Positions 23,691 to 35,699 of a stretch of DNA of 64,000 bases are shown here, in pieces. Position 1 is the stretch's first letter, and every line of letters starts with the position of its first letter. Below the pieces are notes generated by a model. It was given only the letters and a program-made list of their open reading frames with translations, was not told the origin of the DNA and searched no databases. The DNA is from Mobula birostris (Eukaryota): contig NC_092374.1 of the NCBI RefSeq assembly GCF_030028105.1, forward strand, positions 37,705,016 to 37,769,015, given 5' to 3'. The position numbers and the translations under genes were made by a program.

Positions 23691-24919
23691 ACAATTAATA
23701 GTGTGTCACTCAGAATTCATGTCAGTAGTGAGTTAGTTCACCATTCAATGCTTTCGTTTGCCATGACTTCTATATATGATAGCTTTCCAAGTTACTGATT
23801 CCAATCCATGGAAGTTGTTACATCGTACAAAAGTATTAATGAAATTTGTACAGAAAGAGAGTGGAAGATGGGTATTCTGAGAATGGAATCAGCCTTGGCT
23901 GGTGATGCAAAATTACCCTCAGAAGAAAAATTGTTCAGGCAGAGTATAAAGAAGGCTTGTTGCTGTGTTTTTCAGCTTTTGTGCTGCTACCAAGTTAAAC
24001 CTCAAATTAAAAAAAAAACAATATGAATCCAAACAAATAGAAAGGTAGAGGAAAGTCTGGCTTTTCCATTCCAGCATATATAGGTGAAAGTTTCTAAAAG
24101 TATAACTGAATTATCCTTGTAAATGATTTTTTTTTTAAAAAAGGGGAGAGAGTTAAATGTACTCAGTGACCCAGCGACATCTTGTTCTTGAAAAATTTAC
24201 TCAGGTTTTTGTGCTGTTTCTGATGAACCGCTTTGGGCTGACTCCTAGATTTTCTGAAAATAGACACTATAGAACTATTTTACAGATGCCCTACGTTCCA
24301 CGTGTGGGTCAAATAATTCCTTTGTAGTGTACTTTTGCATAACCGCCATCAACACAAAAATGCCGACTCTGTTCAGTTCCAAGAGACACTAGTTACTTGT
24401 GTAAACGAATGGTTATAGATGAAAAACTATACAGTCCTTCATTTGTTACCACAGACTTCCATTGGGCCAGTCCAAGATCTCAACCTTCAGGTAGGAAAGA
24501 TTAAAATTTGCACATAAGCAACATGCACCATTGGCTGTCTATAATCTACAAGCTAACTTTCAACACTGAGATTTAAGATAAGATGTACCTTGTACAATTA
24601 TATCATCTTTGATCAATTACAAAAATACTGTATAATTGGGCTTTAATCGGTTATTTTGGGTCAAATCATAAAGCAATCCACTTTGATGAGTAGTGCATAT
24701 CTCTGGGCTGGGGGGTGCAAAGTACAGCTATCTTTGAAAGATTCAGGTAATGAAAACTATAACTTGAATGATGACAAGTCAAAAAGCTCACCTACACAAG
24801 TCATGCCCATAAATCTGATTCAGAACCTATTATTATTTGAGGAAATTGAATTTTCTCTTGGCCTTGGCAATGTAAAAATTCAGTAAAAGGAACCAATGTG
24901 ACTGACCTGTATCAAAATG

Positions 24920-25680
24920 TAAAAACAGAACAAGCCAGAAACACTCAGAAGACCACAGTGCATTTGCCAATTTTTTTTGTTTGTTTCAGATTTCCAGCTT
25001 TTTTTTTGCTTTTGAATCTTTGATCGTAATGCTGAGCTATCAACCTGTTACAGTTACTGAGCTTTTCTGTCTCCACAGATGCTGTCTGATCATCTGGGGT
25101 TTTCCGGCATTTCCTTTCTCAGATATACAGTAACTATTGTATCTAATTGGTCTAGCATTTTCCTCTGTTCTCTGTTTATGCTATCTCCAGAAAGATTAAC
25201 TACCACTAATCAGTCTTCATTCTCTTCCAGCCAATGCGAGTTTGAGATCTGTTTTTGCTTGGGCTTTACCTTAACACAGACATTCTTGGTTTTTTTCCCT
25301 TCAGCTACTGTCTCTCCAACTCAAAATGCGCCTGTGTTCAAACATTTACTAACCCTATTGAAAAGTCAAAGACTTGAAGCATTAGTTCTACTTCCCTATC
25401 CACAGAATTTACCTGACCTGCTGAGTGTTTCCAGCAGCTTCTGTTTTTATTTCAGACCTGCAATAAATGCAGCAACATGCACAAAATGCTGGAGGAACTC
25501 AGCAAGCCAGGCAGCAACTGTGGAAAAAAGTACAGTCGAAGTTCCAAGTGAAGACCCTTTGGCAGGACACCCTGAAACGTCAACTGTACTTTTTTTCCAT
25601 AGACACTGCTTGGCCTGCTGAGTTCCTACAGCATTTAGTGTTTTGCTTTGATTTCCTGAATCTACAGGTTTCTTCTTGTT
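24920..25680. repeat. Cluster of Penelope-like terminal fragments, including a ~67-bp-arm inverted repeat (25480-25640)
   Basis: Repeated CTGACCTGCTGAG...CCAGCA motifs; 25480-25546 is reverse-complementary to 25573-25640. Confidence 0.7.
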
Positions 25681-26464
25681 TTTGACAAGTGCAGCAATCT
25701 TGCTTTTCAGTACCAAGATATATTGCAATCAATCGTTTTAAGACAAATGCTGTATAACTTTTTTGAAGACAAGTGAGCATATTGTGGTTGCATTTCAGCC
25801 TTCTGATTAAGCAATAAAAGGTGTCTTGTTTGCCCTTGAATACGATGAATGAAGTGCTAGGGTATTGTGCAAGATGTCTAGTGAACATGGTTGTGTCCTA
25901 CTTGAAGCTTGGTAGTATTGGTCATATGTTCTTTGTAACGGATGACAACTTTTGAAGACCCACTAAGCATTGGAGATAAATCATTTCCCATCTCAAATTA
26001 TTTATTTAGCCAAAAAAATGATACAATAAGAAAGCCTTACTTTCCCCTGCCATGGCACAATACTCAGTTACCCATCAAGAACACCCAGTCAAAATCTCTG
26101 CATAGTCCTTTTGAACTTAATTGCAATATTTGGCAGATCATTCTGAGCCTTCAGCAGGTAGGTTCTTCATAATAAGTATTTCTAAATCCATGTACCTCCT
26201 CTTACAAATATTAGCAATTTAAATTACCTTCCCTATATAATAATTGCAAACCCAGAGTAACAAATTCACCATAAAAAGTGAGACGGCATTCTACTTTTTT
26301 CCAAAAAAAAAGTTCACTCAACCCCAAAGAAGGATCTGTGCCCAGTAAATCTATAAGGAACAGTATTGGAGATTGAGCTAGTTTTGGACTGTATGTTATG
26401 TTGCGGCAGCCTTATTTACCAGTACAGAATGTGTTTCCTGTACAGTAATTGCTGTCTGCTTCAG

Positions 26465-28320
26465 TTTAGAATTAGAATCCGAATCGGATTTAATATCATT
26501 GGCATATGTCATGAAATTTGTTGTTTTGCAGCAGCAGTATATTGCAATACACAACAAAAAAAACTATAGATTACAGAAAGTATATACCTATATAAAAATT
26601 AAATTAATTGAGTTAGTGTGGGAGAGAAGTGAGGTGGTGTTCATGGGATCCTTGTCCATTCAGAAATCTGATGGTGGAGGGGAGGAAGCTGTTCCTGAAA
26701 CATTGAGTGTGTGTGTCTTCAGGTACCACCACCTTGATGGTAGCAATGAGAAGAGTACATATCCTGGGTGAATGGGGTTCTTAATGACGGATGCTGCCTT
26801 TTTGAGGCATAGCCTTTTGAAGATGTCCTCAGTGCTAGGGAGTCTAGTACTTATGATGGAGCTGGCTGAGTTTACAACTTTCTGCACCCTCCATACCAGA
26901 TGGTGATGCAACCAGTTAGAATGATCTCCATAGCCCATCTGTAGAAATTTGTGTATATGTCTTTGACTACGAAATTTCCTCAAATTCCTGATGAAGTATA
27001 GCCACTGTCATGCCTTCTTTGTAATTGCATCAATATGTTGGACCCAGGATAGATCTTCAGAGGTGTTGTCACCCAGGAACTTCAAGCTGCTCCCTCTTTC
27101 CACTGCTAATCACTCCATGAGAACTGTTGTGTGTTTCCTGAACTTCCCCTTGAAGTCCACAATCAATTCCTTGGTCTTATTGACATTGAGTGCAAGGCTG
27201 TCGTTGCGACACCAGTGAACCAGCTGATCTATCTCACTCCTGTATGCTTCCTTGTCACCATTTGAAATTCTGGCAGTAATAGTTGTGTCATCGGCAGCTG
27301 AAAGATGGCATTTGAGCTGTGCCTAGCCATACATTCGTGGGTGTATGCTAAGCATGCATCCTATACATGTGCCAGTGTTGACTGTCAAGAAGTAGGAGAT
27401 GTTATTTCCGATGTGGTCTCCTGGTGAGGAAGTAAAGGATCCAGTTGCAGAGGGAGGTACAGAGGCACAGGCTTAAAAGCTTGTTGATTAGAAATGTGTG
27501 TATGATTGTGTTGCACACTGAGGTGGAAGTAGTAAACAGCACCCTGACATTAGTATAACTTTTACTCAGATATCCAAGACCAAGTGGAGACCTGGTGAGA
27601 TTGCATCTGCTGTAAACCTATGGTGGCAATAGGCAAATTACATTGGGTTCAGGTCCTTGCTTAGATAGGAGTTGATTCTAGCCATGACCAAACTGTCAAG
27701 GCATTTCATCACAGCAGATGTGAGTACAACTGGGAAAGTTGCATTTCGGGTGAGCAGGACTGAGACAGAACTGCCACGTCTGTGCACCATGATAATCATA
27801 AAACATACTTCACCTCCTCTGCTTTTAATAGACTGAGCTGCCCTGTCTTTACGGAGAATGGTGAAGCCATCGAGCTGCAGCGCTGCATCCAAAACGGCAG
27901 GGACAGCCAAGTTTCCGTGAAGCAAAGTATACAGCAGTCCCTGATGTCCCTCTGGTACTGCAATCTTGCACTGAGGTCTTCAGTTTTATTTTCCAGAGAC
28001 TGGACATGCACTGGCGGGATGGTTGGGAATTGGTGGGGTGGGTGGGGGAAGTGGTCTAAAGCCTCTATATTTCAAATGTACTTTAGAGTGGCTAAGGTTT
28101 CGCACTTCCATTTTCTTAAAGGGTTCTGCACCTGAGTCTGCAGTCCAGGGTCCGCGGATTTTTAGAATTTTTTTTAAAACATCTTAAAACAATGTTGCTT
28201 ACTGAAGTACCTTATGGCTGGGACTGTGGGTTTCAGCTGTAGTATTCGTAAAGGGGAACATTTGATGATTCCCAGTGGAGCTGCAAACAAGAGTTTCCAG
28301 AATCAGTGCCATTTTAGCAT
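26465..28320 (-). mobile_element. Rex1/Babar LINE, internally deleted
   Basis: VQSLENKTEDLSARLQYQRDIRDCCILCFTETWL (endonuclease N-terminus), VLTSAVMKCLDSLV, CLKKAASVIKNPIHPGYVLFSLLPS; 3' tail at ~26465. Confidence 0.85.
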
Positions 28321-28967
28321 TAAACTGGTGACTATTTGTCTTCTGAGCTGGTGTTGGAGAAAATTCCATAAGTGCCATCTCTGTCTATAGTGCATGTATA
28401 ATCAAGAGCAGAAATGAACTTTATCTTTTTATTTATAGTTCCACGTCCCAGTTATTGAAAGAAAATCTTCCATCTCAGGCTTAGTTTCATTGCTAAAGTT
28501 GAACTGAAATATTTGAAGGTGATAACTTTGAGCAGTAGAATGAAACTATCATACCCCTCAACTTTCCTAGGTAAACTCATCCATGTAGATACCGGGTAAC
28601 ATATTTGCAGTTTTAATAATAATGGGAATGGAGAAAATTAGATTTGAAATATACATTCACAGATTCTGGATTTTGTTTAACAAGCCTACAATTTTCTATT
28701 TTATAGAGTTACCATTGGCTAAATTAATCTTCAAGAATTTTTTTAAATCTTATTTCAGTAGAACCTGTGATTTGAAATTACTGGCTGTTTTCAAAATTTT
28801 AATTAAAAGCCCAAGTCTCAAAACAAATTCATATAGCTGCTGTTACAATGCCCATTAAATGTACTCTTTTGCAGTGTTTGTCACTACAGGTTTATCTAAT
28901 TAAATGGCATGGTTTGCCACTTACTGAAAAGTATCTTATCAAATTTAATTAACAGCATTTTTTGTAG

Positions 28968-29159
<192 letters not shown>

Positions 29160-29429
29160 TGAGTTTGAAATCATTTTATTGACATTTTAATTTTAAAATC
29201 TAATTACATTGTCTCTTTTTGGTTCAAAAGTCTTATTTGCTATTAATAGGGATACTGATTCAAAATATTTGTTCTTCAGGTAGAAATAGACTAGAGCAGT
29301 GTGTTTAATTTATTGCCTCTTCCTACTGTTTGGGGCTGTAGATTTTTTTTGGCAATCGTGAAGTGCTAGAACTTCAAGCCACCAATGCAACAGGAAATCC
29401 CAAAAGGATGCATCTTAGTTTCATGATCT

Positions 29430-29730
29430 CCAGAAGTCCATAAGCCGGGGGAGTACATTAGGCCATTTGGCTCATTGAGTCTGTTTTGCCATTTGATCGT
29501 AGCTGATTTATTATTCCTGCCTGAACCTCATTCTTCTGTCTTCTCCTTGTAACTTTTGACACTATTACTAATCAAGAACCTCTCAACCCCTGTTGTAAGT
29601 ACACCCAATGGCTCAGTCTTTAGCTTCAGTGGCAATGAATTCCATCAATTCACCACCCTCTGGCTAAACAAATTCATCCTTATCTGTTCTAAAGGATGTC
29701 CATTTATTCTGGTCCAAATCCTAGAGTCTC
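29430..29730 (-). mobile_element. CR1 3' UTR fragment
   Basis: Same 3' UTR motifs as other CR1 copies (ggccatttggctcattgagtctg, gaattccatcaattcaccaccctctgg). Confidence 0.7.
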
Positions 29731-30249
29731 ATCAGTATCATCCTAGAGTTTTCCTCAGTGACTTTGTCCTAAAGGCAAGGCCTTGGCATCAGTTTGAAAT
29801 AGCTGTGCCTTGTTCCATTCCTTTGTCACTTTCCTCACTACTTCACTGTTTTTGTGTTGAATCTCTACTTGCTCATTTTGATGAGGTCCAATATTGTCTT
29901 GTTAAATTATGAGCTTCACCAGAAAAATCTGCTGTGAAGCTAGCTAGTTGTATCACTTCTCTATTTAATCAGGTTTTGTTGGATCTTGCGGTTTAATTGT
30001 CCATTTTCTTTGCAGTTTAACAGTTAATAATCTGCTCATAATTTAAGTAACCTTTATATATCTAACAGTTTAATATGCTTCTAGTGGCTATACAAAGTGT
30101 AATCCTGGAAGCTTCTTTGCTCTTCATTAAGTGAATCGGTGTTTTCTCACTGGTTAAATTTTACTGCAGTATTGAATGTGATTTTTAATTGGTTTATTAT
30201 TATCTACAAATTTGAATGGAATTTTTCGTAAAAGTAGCTGTTTTATACG

Positions 30250-30743
30250 AGACACCATCCCAGCAACTGCGTAACAGAGGATTCTCTGATCTACGGGCTA
30301 TTCCCGGGGACACACATGGAGACCAACATCCGGTGCTGCTGGCAGATCATCAACTCGGTGAAAGACGCTCTTTGGTCGGCCCGAAACTTGATGATCAACC
30401 AGCACATGGAGATGTCCGTGGGAGAATGCTGCCAGCTGGCACATTCTCGGCTGCAGGAGTACGTGCTGAGGGACGCACTGAAATTTGGTGCAGTCACCGC
30501 AAGGGCCTGGTGGGGAAGGACCATGGTATAGGTTTCTTCACCCGTGGGAGTGGGAGGGGTCGGGTGGCCAGGAGTATACCCCTCAACAGTGATGTGGTAA
30601 GGTGAACAACTGGAGGGCCACATGGGTGGCCATAAGTATGGATATGTATAGACCATAATGGATTTGTATGTAAAGGATGGAAAGTTTTATTGTATATAAT
30701 TTTATTTTTGAATAAAATGTATTTTGAAATTTAAAAAAAAAAA
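30250..30743 (+). mobile_element. Tx1/L1-clade LINE 3' fragment with poly(A)
   Basis: GC-rich open frame IPSNCVTEDSLIYGLFPGTHMETNIRCCWQIINSVKDALWSARN...LQEYVLRDALKFG; AATAAA at 30711, A11 at 30733-30743. Confidence 0.78.
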
Positions 30744-30774
30744 TCTGTAGCTTCTCTCTTCTTCAAGAAGTAGA

Positions 30775-33700
30775 TGCTACGAAACTGTGCACCCTGGTGC
30801 CCTCCCTATCTTTGTGGGAGATTTCAACCAGGCCAGCTTGAAGTTTTTGAACAACTACCACCAACATATCACCTGTGGAATCAAAGGGGACAACACACTT
30901 GACCACCATCAAGAACGCTTACCATGCCAGCCATGCCCACATTGTGGAAACTCTGATCACTTGGATGTACTTCTCCTTGTGTATAGTTAGAGACTAAAGC
31001 CAGCAACACCAGTAGTGAGGACCAAGAAAGAATGGTCAAGGGAAATAGAAGAATGCTTGCAGGACTGCTTTGAGTTGGTAAACTAGACAATACTCAGAGA
31101 TTCATCTTCAAATTTGAATGAATACACCACAGTTGTCACTAACTTCAAAACTCAAGTGGGTGAGTGTGTGCCTTCGAGAACATACCAGACATATGCAAAC
31201 CAAAAGTCATGGATGAACCAGGAAGTCCATTGTCTGCTGAAGGAGGGATCTGTGGCATTCAAAGACAGTGATCCATAACTAAACAACATACAGCTATATC
31301 CTGTGGAAGGCCATTTTAAGAGTGAGAAAACAATTCCAATTGAGGTTAGAGACCACATTGGATGCACATCAACGCTAGCAGGGTTTGCAGGCCATTACTT
31401 CCTGTAGAGTAAAACCTAACGTCATGAATGGCTGTGATGCTTCATTCAGAGATCAGCACAATGCCTTTTATGCACACTTTGAAAGGGAGAATAAAACTAC
31501 ATCTGTGTGAATCCCTGCAGCATCTGTCTCAGAGGCCAATGTCAGAATATCTTTCTTGAGGGTGAACTTTCGTAAGGCATTAGGACCTGATAGTGTACCT
31601 GGTAGGGTCTAAAAGCCTTGCTAATCAACTAGCGGTAGTATTCAAGGACACCTTCAATCTCGCTGCTGTCGTTGGAGGTTCCCACTTGCTTCAAAAGGGT
31701 GACAATCGTACCAGTGCCCAAGAAGAGCAGGATGAGCTGCTTTAATGACTGTCGCACAGTGGCACTCACATCTACTGTGATTAAATGCTTTGAGAGGTTG
31801 GTCATGGCCAGAATCAGCTCCTGCCTAAGTGAGGACCTGGATATGATGCAATTTGCCTATCACCATGATAGGTCTACAGCGTATGCAATGTTACTGTTTC
31901 TTCACTCTGCCTTGGATCACCTGGACAATAGTATTACCTGCATCAGGCTGTTGCTTATTGATTACAATTCACCGTTCAACACAATCATACCCTTGGTTCC
32001 AATCAACAAGCTCCAAATCCAGGGCCTTTACCTCCCTCTGCAACTGGGTCCTTGACTTCCTCACTGGAGACTACAAAACTTGGCACTCAACATCATTAAA
32101 ACCAAGGAATTGTTTGGGAACTTCAGGAAGGGGAATTTGAGAGTACACACCAGTCCTCATAGAGGGTCAGAAGTGAAGAGCCTCAGGTGTTGGGTGTCAA
32201 CATCTGAGACTCAATCCTGGGCCCAATATGTTGTAATTACAAAGGCACAACAGAGGCTATATTTCATTCAGAGTTTGAGAATTGGTTTGTCACATTTCCT
32301 ACAGGTGTGCAGTAGAGGGCCATCTGAGTGGGTGCATCACCAACTGGAATGGAGGGGCCACTGCACAAGATCGGAAGAAATTGAAGAAAGTTGTAAACTC
32401 AACCATCTCTCCCATGGGCACTAGTCATAGTCATACTTTATTGATCCCGGGGGAAATTGGATTTCGTTACAGTTGCACCATAAATAATTAAATAGTAATA
32501 AAACCATAAATAATTAAAAAGTAATATGTAAATTATGCCAGGAAGTAAGTCCAGGACCAGCCTATTGGCTCAGGGTGTCTGACCCTCCAAGGGAGGAGTT
32601 GTAAAGTTTGATGGCCACAGGCAGGAATCACTTCCTATGACACTCTGTGTTGCATCTTGGTGGAATGAGTCTCTGGCTGAATGTACTCCTGTGCCCAACC
32701 AGTACATTATGTAGTGGATGGGAGACTTTGTCCAAGATGGCATGCAAATTGGACAGTATCCTCTTTTCAGACGCCACCGTCAGAGAGTCCAGTTCCATCC
32801 CCACAACATCACTGGCCTTACGAATGAATTTGTTGATTCTGTTCGTGTCTACTACCCTCAGCCCGCTGCCCCAGCACACAACAACAAACATCGCACTGGC
32901 TACCACAGACTCGTAAAACATCCTCAGCATCATCCGGCAGATGTTAAGGGACCTCACTCTCCTCAGGAAATAGAGACGGCTCTGACCCTTCTTGTAGACA
33001 GCCTCAGTGTTCTTTGACCAGTCCAGTTTATTGTCAATTTGTATCCCCAGGTATTTGTAATCCTCCACCATGTCCACACTGACCCCCTGGATGGAAACAG
33101 GGGTCGCCGGTACCTTAGCTCTCCTCAGATCTACCACCAGCTCCTTAGTCTTTTTCACATTAAGCTGCAGATAATTCTGCTCACACCATGTGACTAAGTT
33201 TCCTACCGTAGCCCTGTACTCAGCCTCATCTCCCTTGCTGATGCATCCAACTATGGCAGAGTCATCAGAAAACTTCTGAAGATGACAAGACTCTGTGCAG
33301 TAGTTGAAGTCCGAGGTGTAAATGGTGAAGAGAAAGGGAGACACGACAGTCCCCTGTGGAGCCCCAGTGCTGCTGATCACTCTGTCCGACACACAGTGTT
33401 GCAAGCACACGTACTGTGGTAGCCTCCCAGTCGGGCATCAGGGACATTTTTAAAAGGTAATGCTTTAAAAACGTGGCATCCATTATTAAAGAACCCCATC
33501 ACCTAGGTCATGCACTTTTCTCATTACTACCATCAAGGAGGAGGTTGACGAGTCTGAAGACACACTTGGTGATTCAGGAACAGTTTCTTTCCTCTGCCAT
33601 CAGATTTCTGAATGAACAATGTACCTGTGATCACTATCTCAGTATTTTATTCCCTCTTTTTACACTCCTTATTTAATTTATTTTTTATATATACTTGTAA

Positions 33701-33797
33701 TTTATAGTTTCTATTTTTATATATTGCAATGGACTGCTGCCGCAAAACAATAAATTTGACAACATAAGGCAGTGACATTAAACCTGATTCCGATTAA
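30775..33797 (+). mobile_element. Rex1/Babar LINE, degenerate, split by a nested copy
   Basis: VGDFNQASL, SDH, VPTCFKRVTIVPVPKK...NDCRTVALTSTVIKCFERLV, KAQQRLYF; tail TAAACCTGATTCCGATT. Confidence 0.88.
32425..33419 (-). mobile_element. Young 5'-truncated Rex1/Babar LINE
   Basis: Uninterrupted 260-aa ORF 32628..33410 (TGAPQG, KFSDD, LNVKKTKELVVD, KKGQSRLYFLRR); tail AATAAAGTATGACTATGA; host resumes GGGCACTAG|CCTCCC with TAG at both junctions. Confidence 0.92.
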
Positions 33798-34279
33798 AAC
33801 AATTGTGAAGCAATGAGTTTTGTGCCTCTTTCCTGACTTCTAAAAGAACCTTGGATTAAACACCAAAATCCTTCCGTTTCAAATGCCAGATTCCGTCACA
33901 GAGATACTGTGCTTCCATCTCGGTAACGTGTCAGGCCTAGTTCCTGTACCAGGCTATCATTGCCAAATGTACATGCTTGCCTCCTCCTCCTTCCCCCGCC
34001 CACCCCCCCCCAACCTTGTCCCCTGACTACACTGTTGTTCTTGGCTTGCTTCCCAAAAACCTGAGTCTGTCCAATTTACTGCTGCCCACATTCCAACGTG
34101 CATCAAAACCTATTTGTATGTCACCCTATCATTGTCTTCACTTAGCCCATTTGCAAATTAGCTTTTGCACCTTTTTGTCCAAATCCAAGCTTGCACTTCA
34201 CATAACTAGCCTGTACAACCTTCACTTCCATCTTACTGGTCCATTTCTGCCTTTCCACCTGTCTCCATCCTGTATTGTA

Positions 34280-34460
34280 CATTCTGTCCATGAACTGTGT
34301 ATGTTTCCTCAGTGCTTTGGCTTCCTCCCACTATCCAAAGACTTGCCAGTTAGTCATTGTAAATTACCCTGTGATTAGACTTGGATTAAATAGGAGGGTC
34401 GCTGGGCAGTGCAGCTCGTTAGGCCAGAAGGGTCTATTCTGTGCCATATCTCTAAATTAA
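34280..34460 (+). mobile_element. V-SINE 3' part
   Basis: Similar to 23165-23290 plus 23625-23690 without the nested SINE. Confidence 0.7.
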
Positions 34461-35248
34461 TAATGGTAATTGAGTGTATCAATCTAGTTGTAGATTATCT
34501 TTCCATTGCTGTGTTTGTGTCTGTCCTCCCCACCTCTTAACCTGTATTAATCACTAACTCTTGTGGGCGCCATTTTAGCATGTCTTATTCTTAACTGTTT
34601 ATTTTACTTGATTATGCTTTTAGAAAATCTCCTTGGAGTGTTTTATGTTGTGATCTTAATGGCTGTACGTTGCATTCTCTGGATTAGCAAATTGCCCAGG
34701 AGCAAAAGGTCGAACTTCCATCTAAGAGTCATAAAGAATAATCAGTCAAAAGCTATCAAAGTTAATTAAGAGATTTTTTTTTTTTTTTTGAATTTTGCTA
34801 CAAAATCTTTTTCTACAGAGGGGGAGGAAGAATTTTAAGTACAGACCTAAAGTGCTGGTTCTATTTATTATCTTTCACGGAGGGTGGCTGATACAATAAT
34901 TGTCTAATTTATAGGGAGAGTTAGTTTTACAAAACTAAAGACCTTGGGATTGTACTGGACTGTTCTTCCACGTTCCTGGTAGCGCTGCTCTGTCTCTTAC
35001 TGTAGCTGCACTGGTACCAGTTGTGTATTCAAAGAAATCCAAGTGCAACAATTGTAACTTCTCCTCGGCATTATTCATAAAACTGTTAACACTTTTAAAT
35101 AGCCCAGTGTTGTTGGAGTGTATGAAAACAGTGTATGTTCCTGGACCTGGAGCAGATATGGATTAAGCTGGTTTTGAAGCTGACTAAGAGTCAGTTTGCT
35201 TCACAAGTTAAGAATAATGTATTAAAAATATTAATTTTACTGTTGCAG

Positions 35249-35329
35249 TAGTGGAAGACGATGAAGATGCCTTTCCAACCACACGATCAGATGGTGATTT
35301 TATACACAATAATGGCAGCAAAGAGAAAT
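35249..35329 (+). CDS. CERT1: CERT1 coding exon (exon 6 equivalent)
   Basis: ttgcag|TAGTGG...GAAAT|gtatgt; 81 nt, phase 1-1; [27 protein letters not shown]. Confidence 0.95.
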
Positions 35330-35699
35330 GTATGTATCTTTAAAATTTGTATTTTAACAGTTATATACTTGGATCTTCAATTCTCTCAGTAACTGATATT
35401 CTGAGTTATTTTAATTAGAATTTTTTCTTCCTTTGCATTGACCAATTTTCATGTAAGTTTGTTAAACCAGACTATTTCAATCTGGAACAGTTTTTTCATA
35501 CCGCCACATGAATATGTATTGTGCATCATTTACTGCTTAATCCAGGTACAAGGAAAGATGTAATCAATTCAGGACTCATCCTGTATAATAGTCTTTGCTA
35601 TTTTGATGCATATTTGTTTTGTAGACGATGCTGCCTTTCTACTTAATAGAGCCTTTTAAATCCTATATCACTTTTTGGCTATATTTTCAATTAGTTAAT

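Noticed and set aside
25079-25621. 180-aa plus-strand ORF
   Set aside because: Runs through Penelope-derived fragments; no domain or splice support
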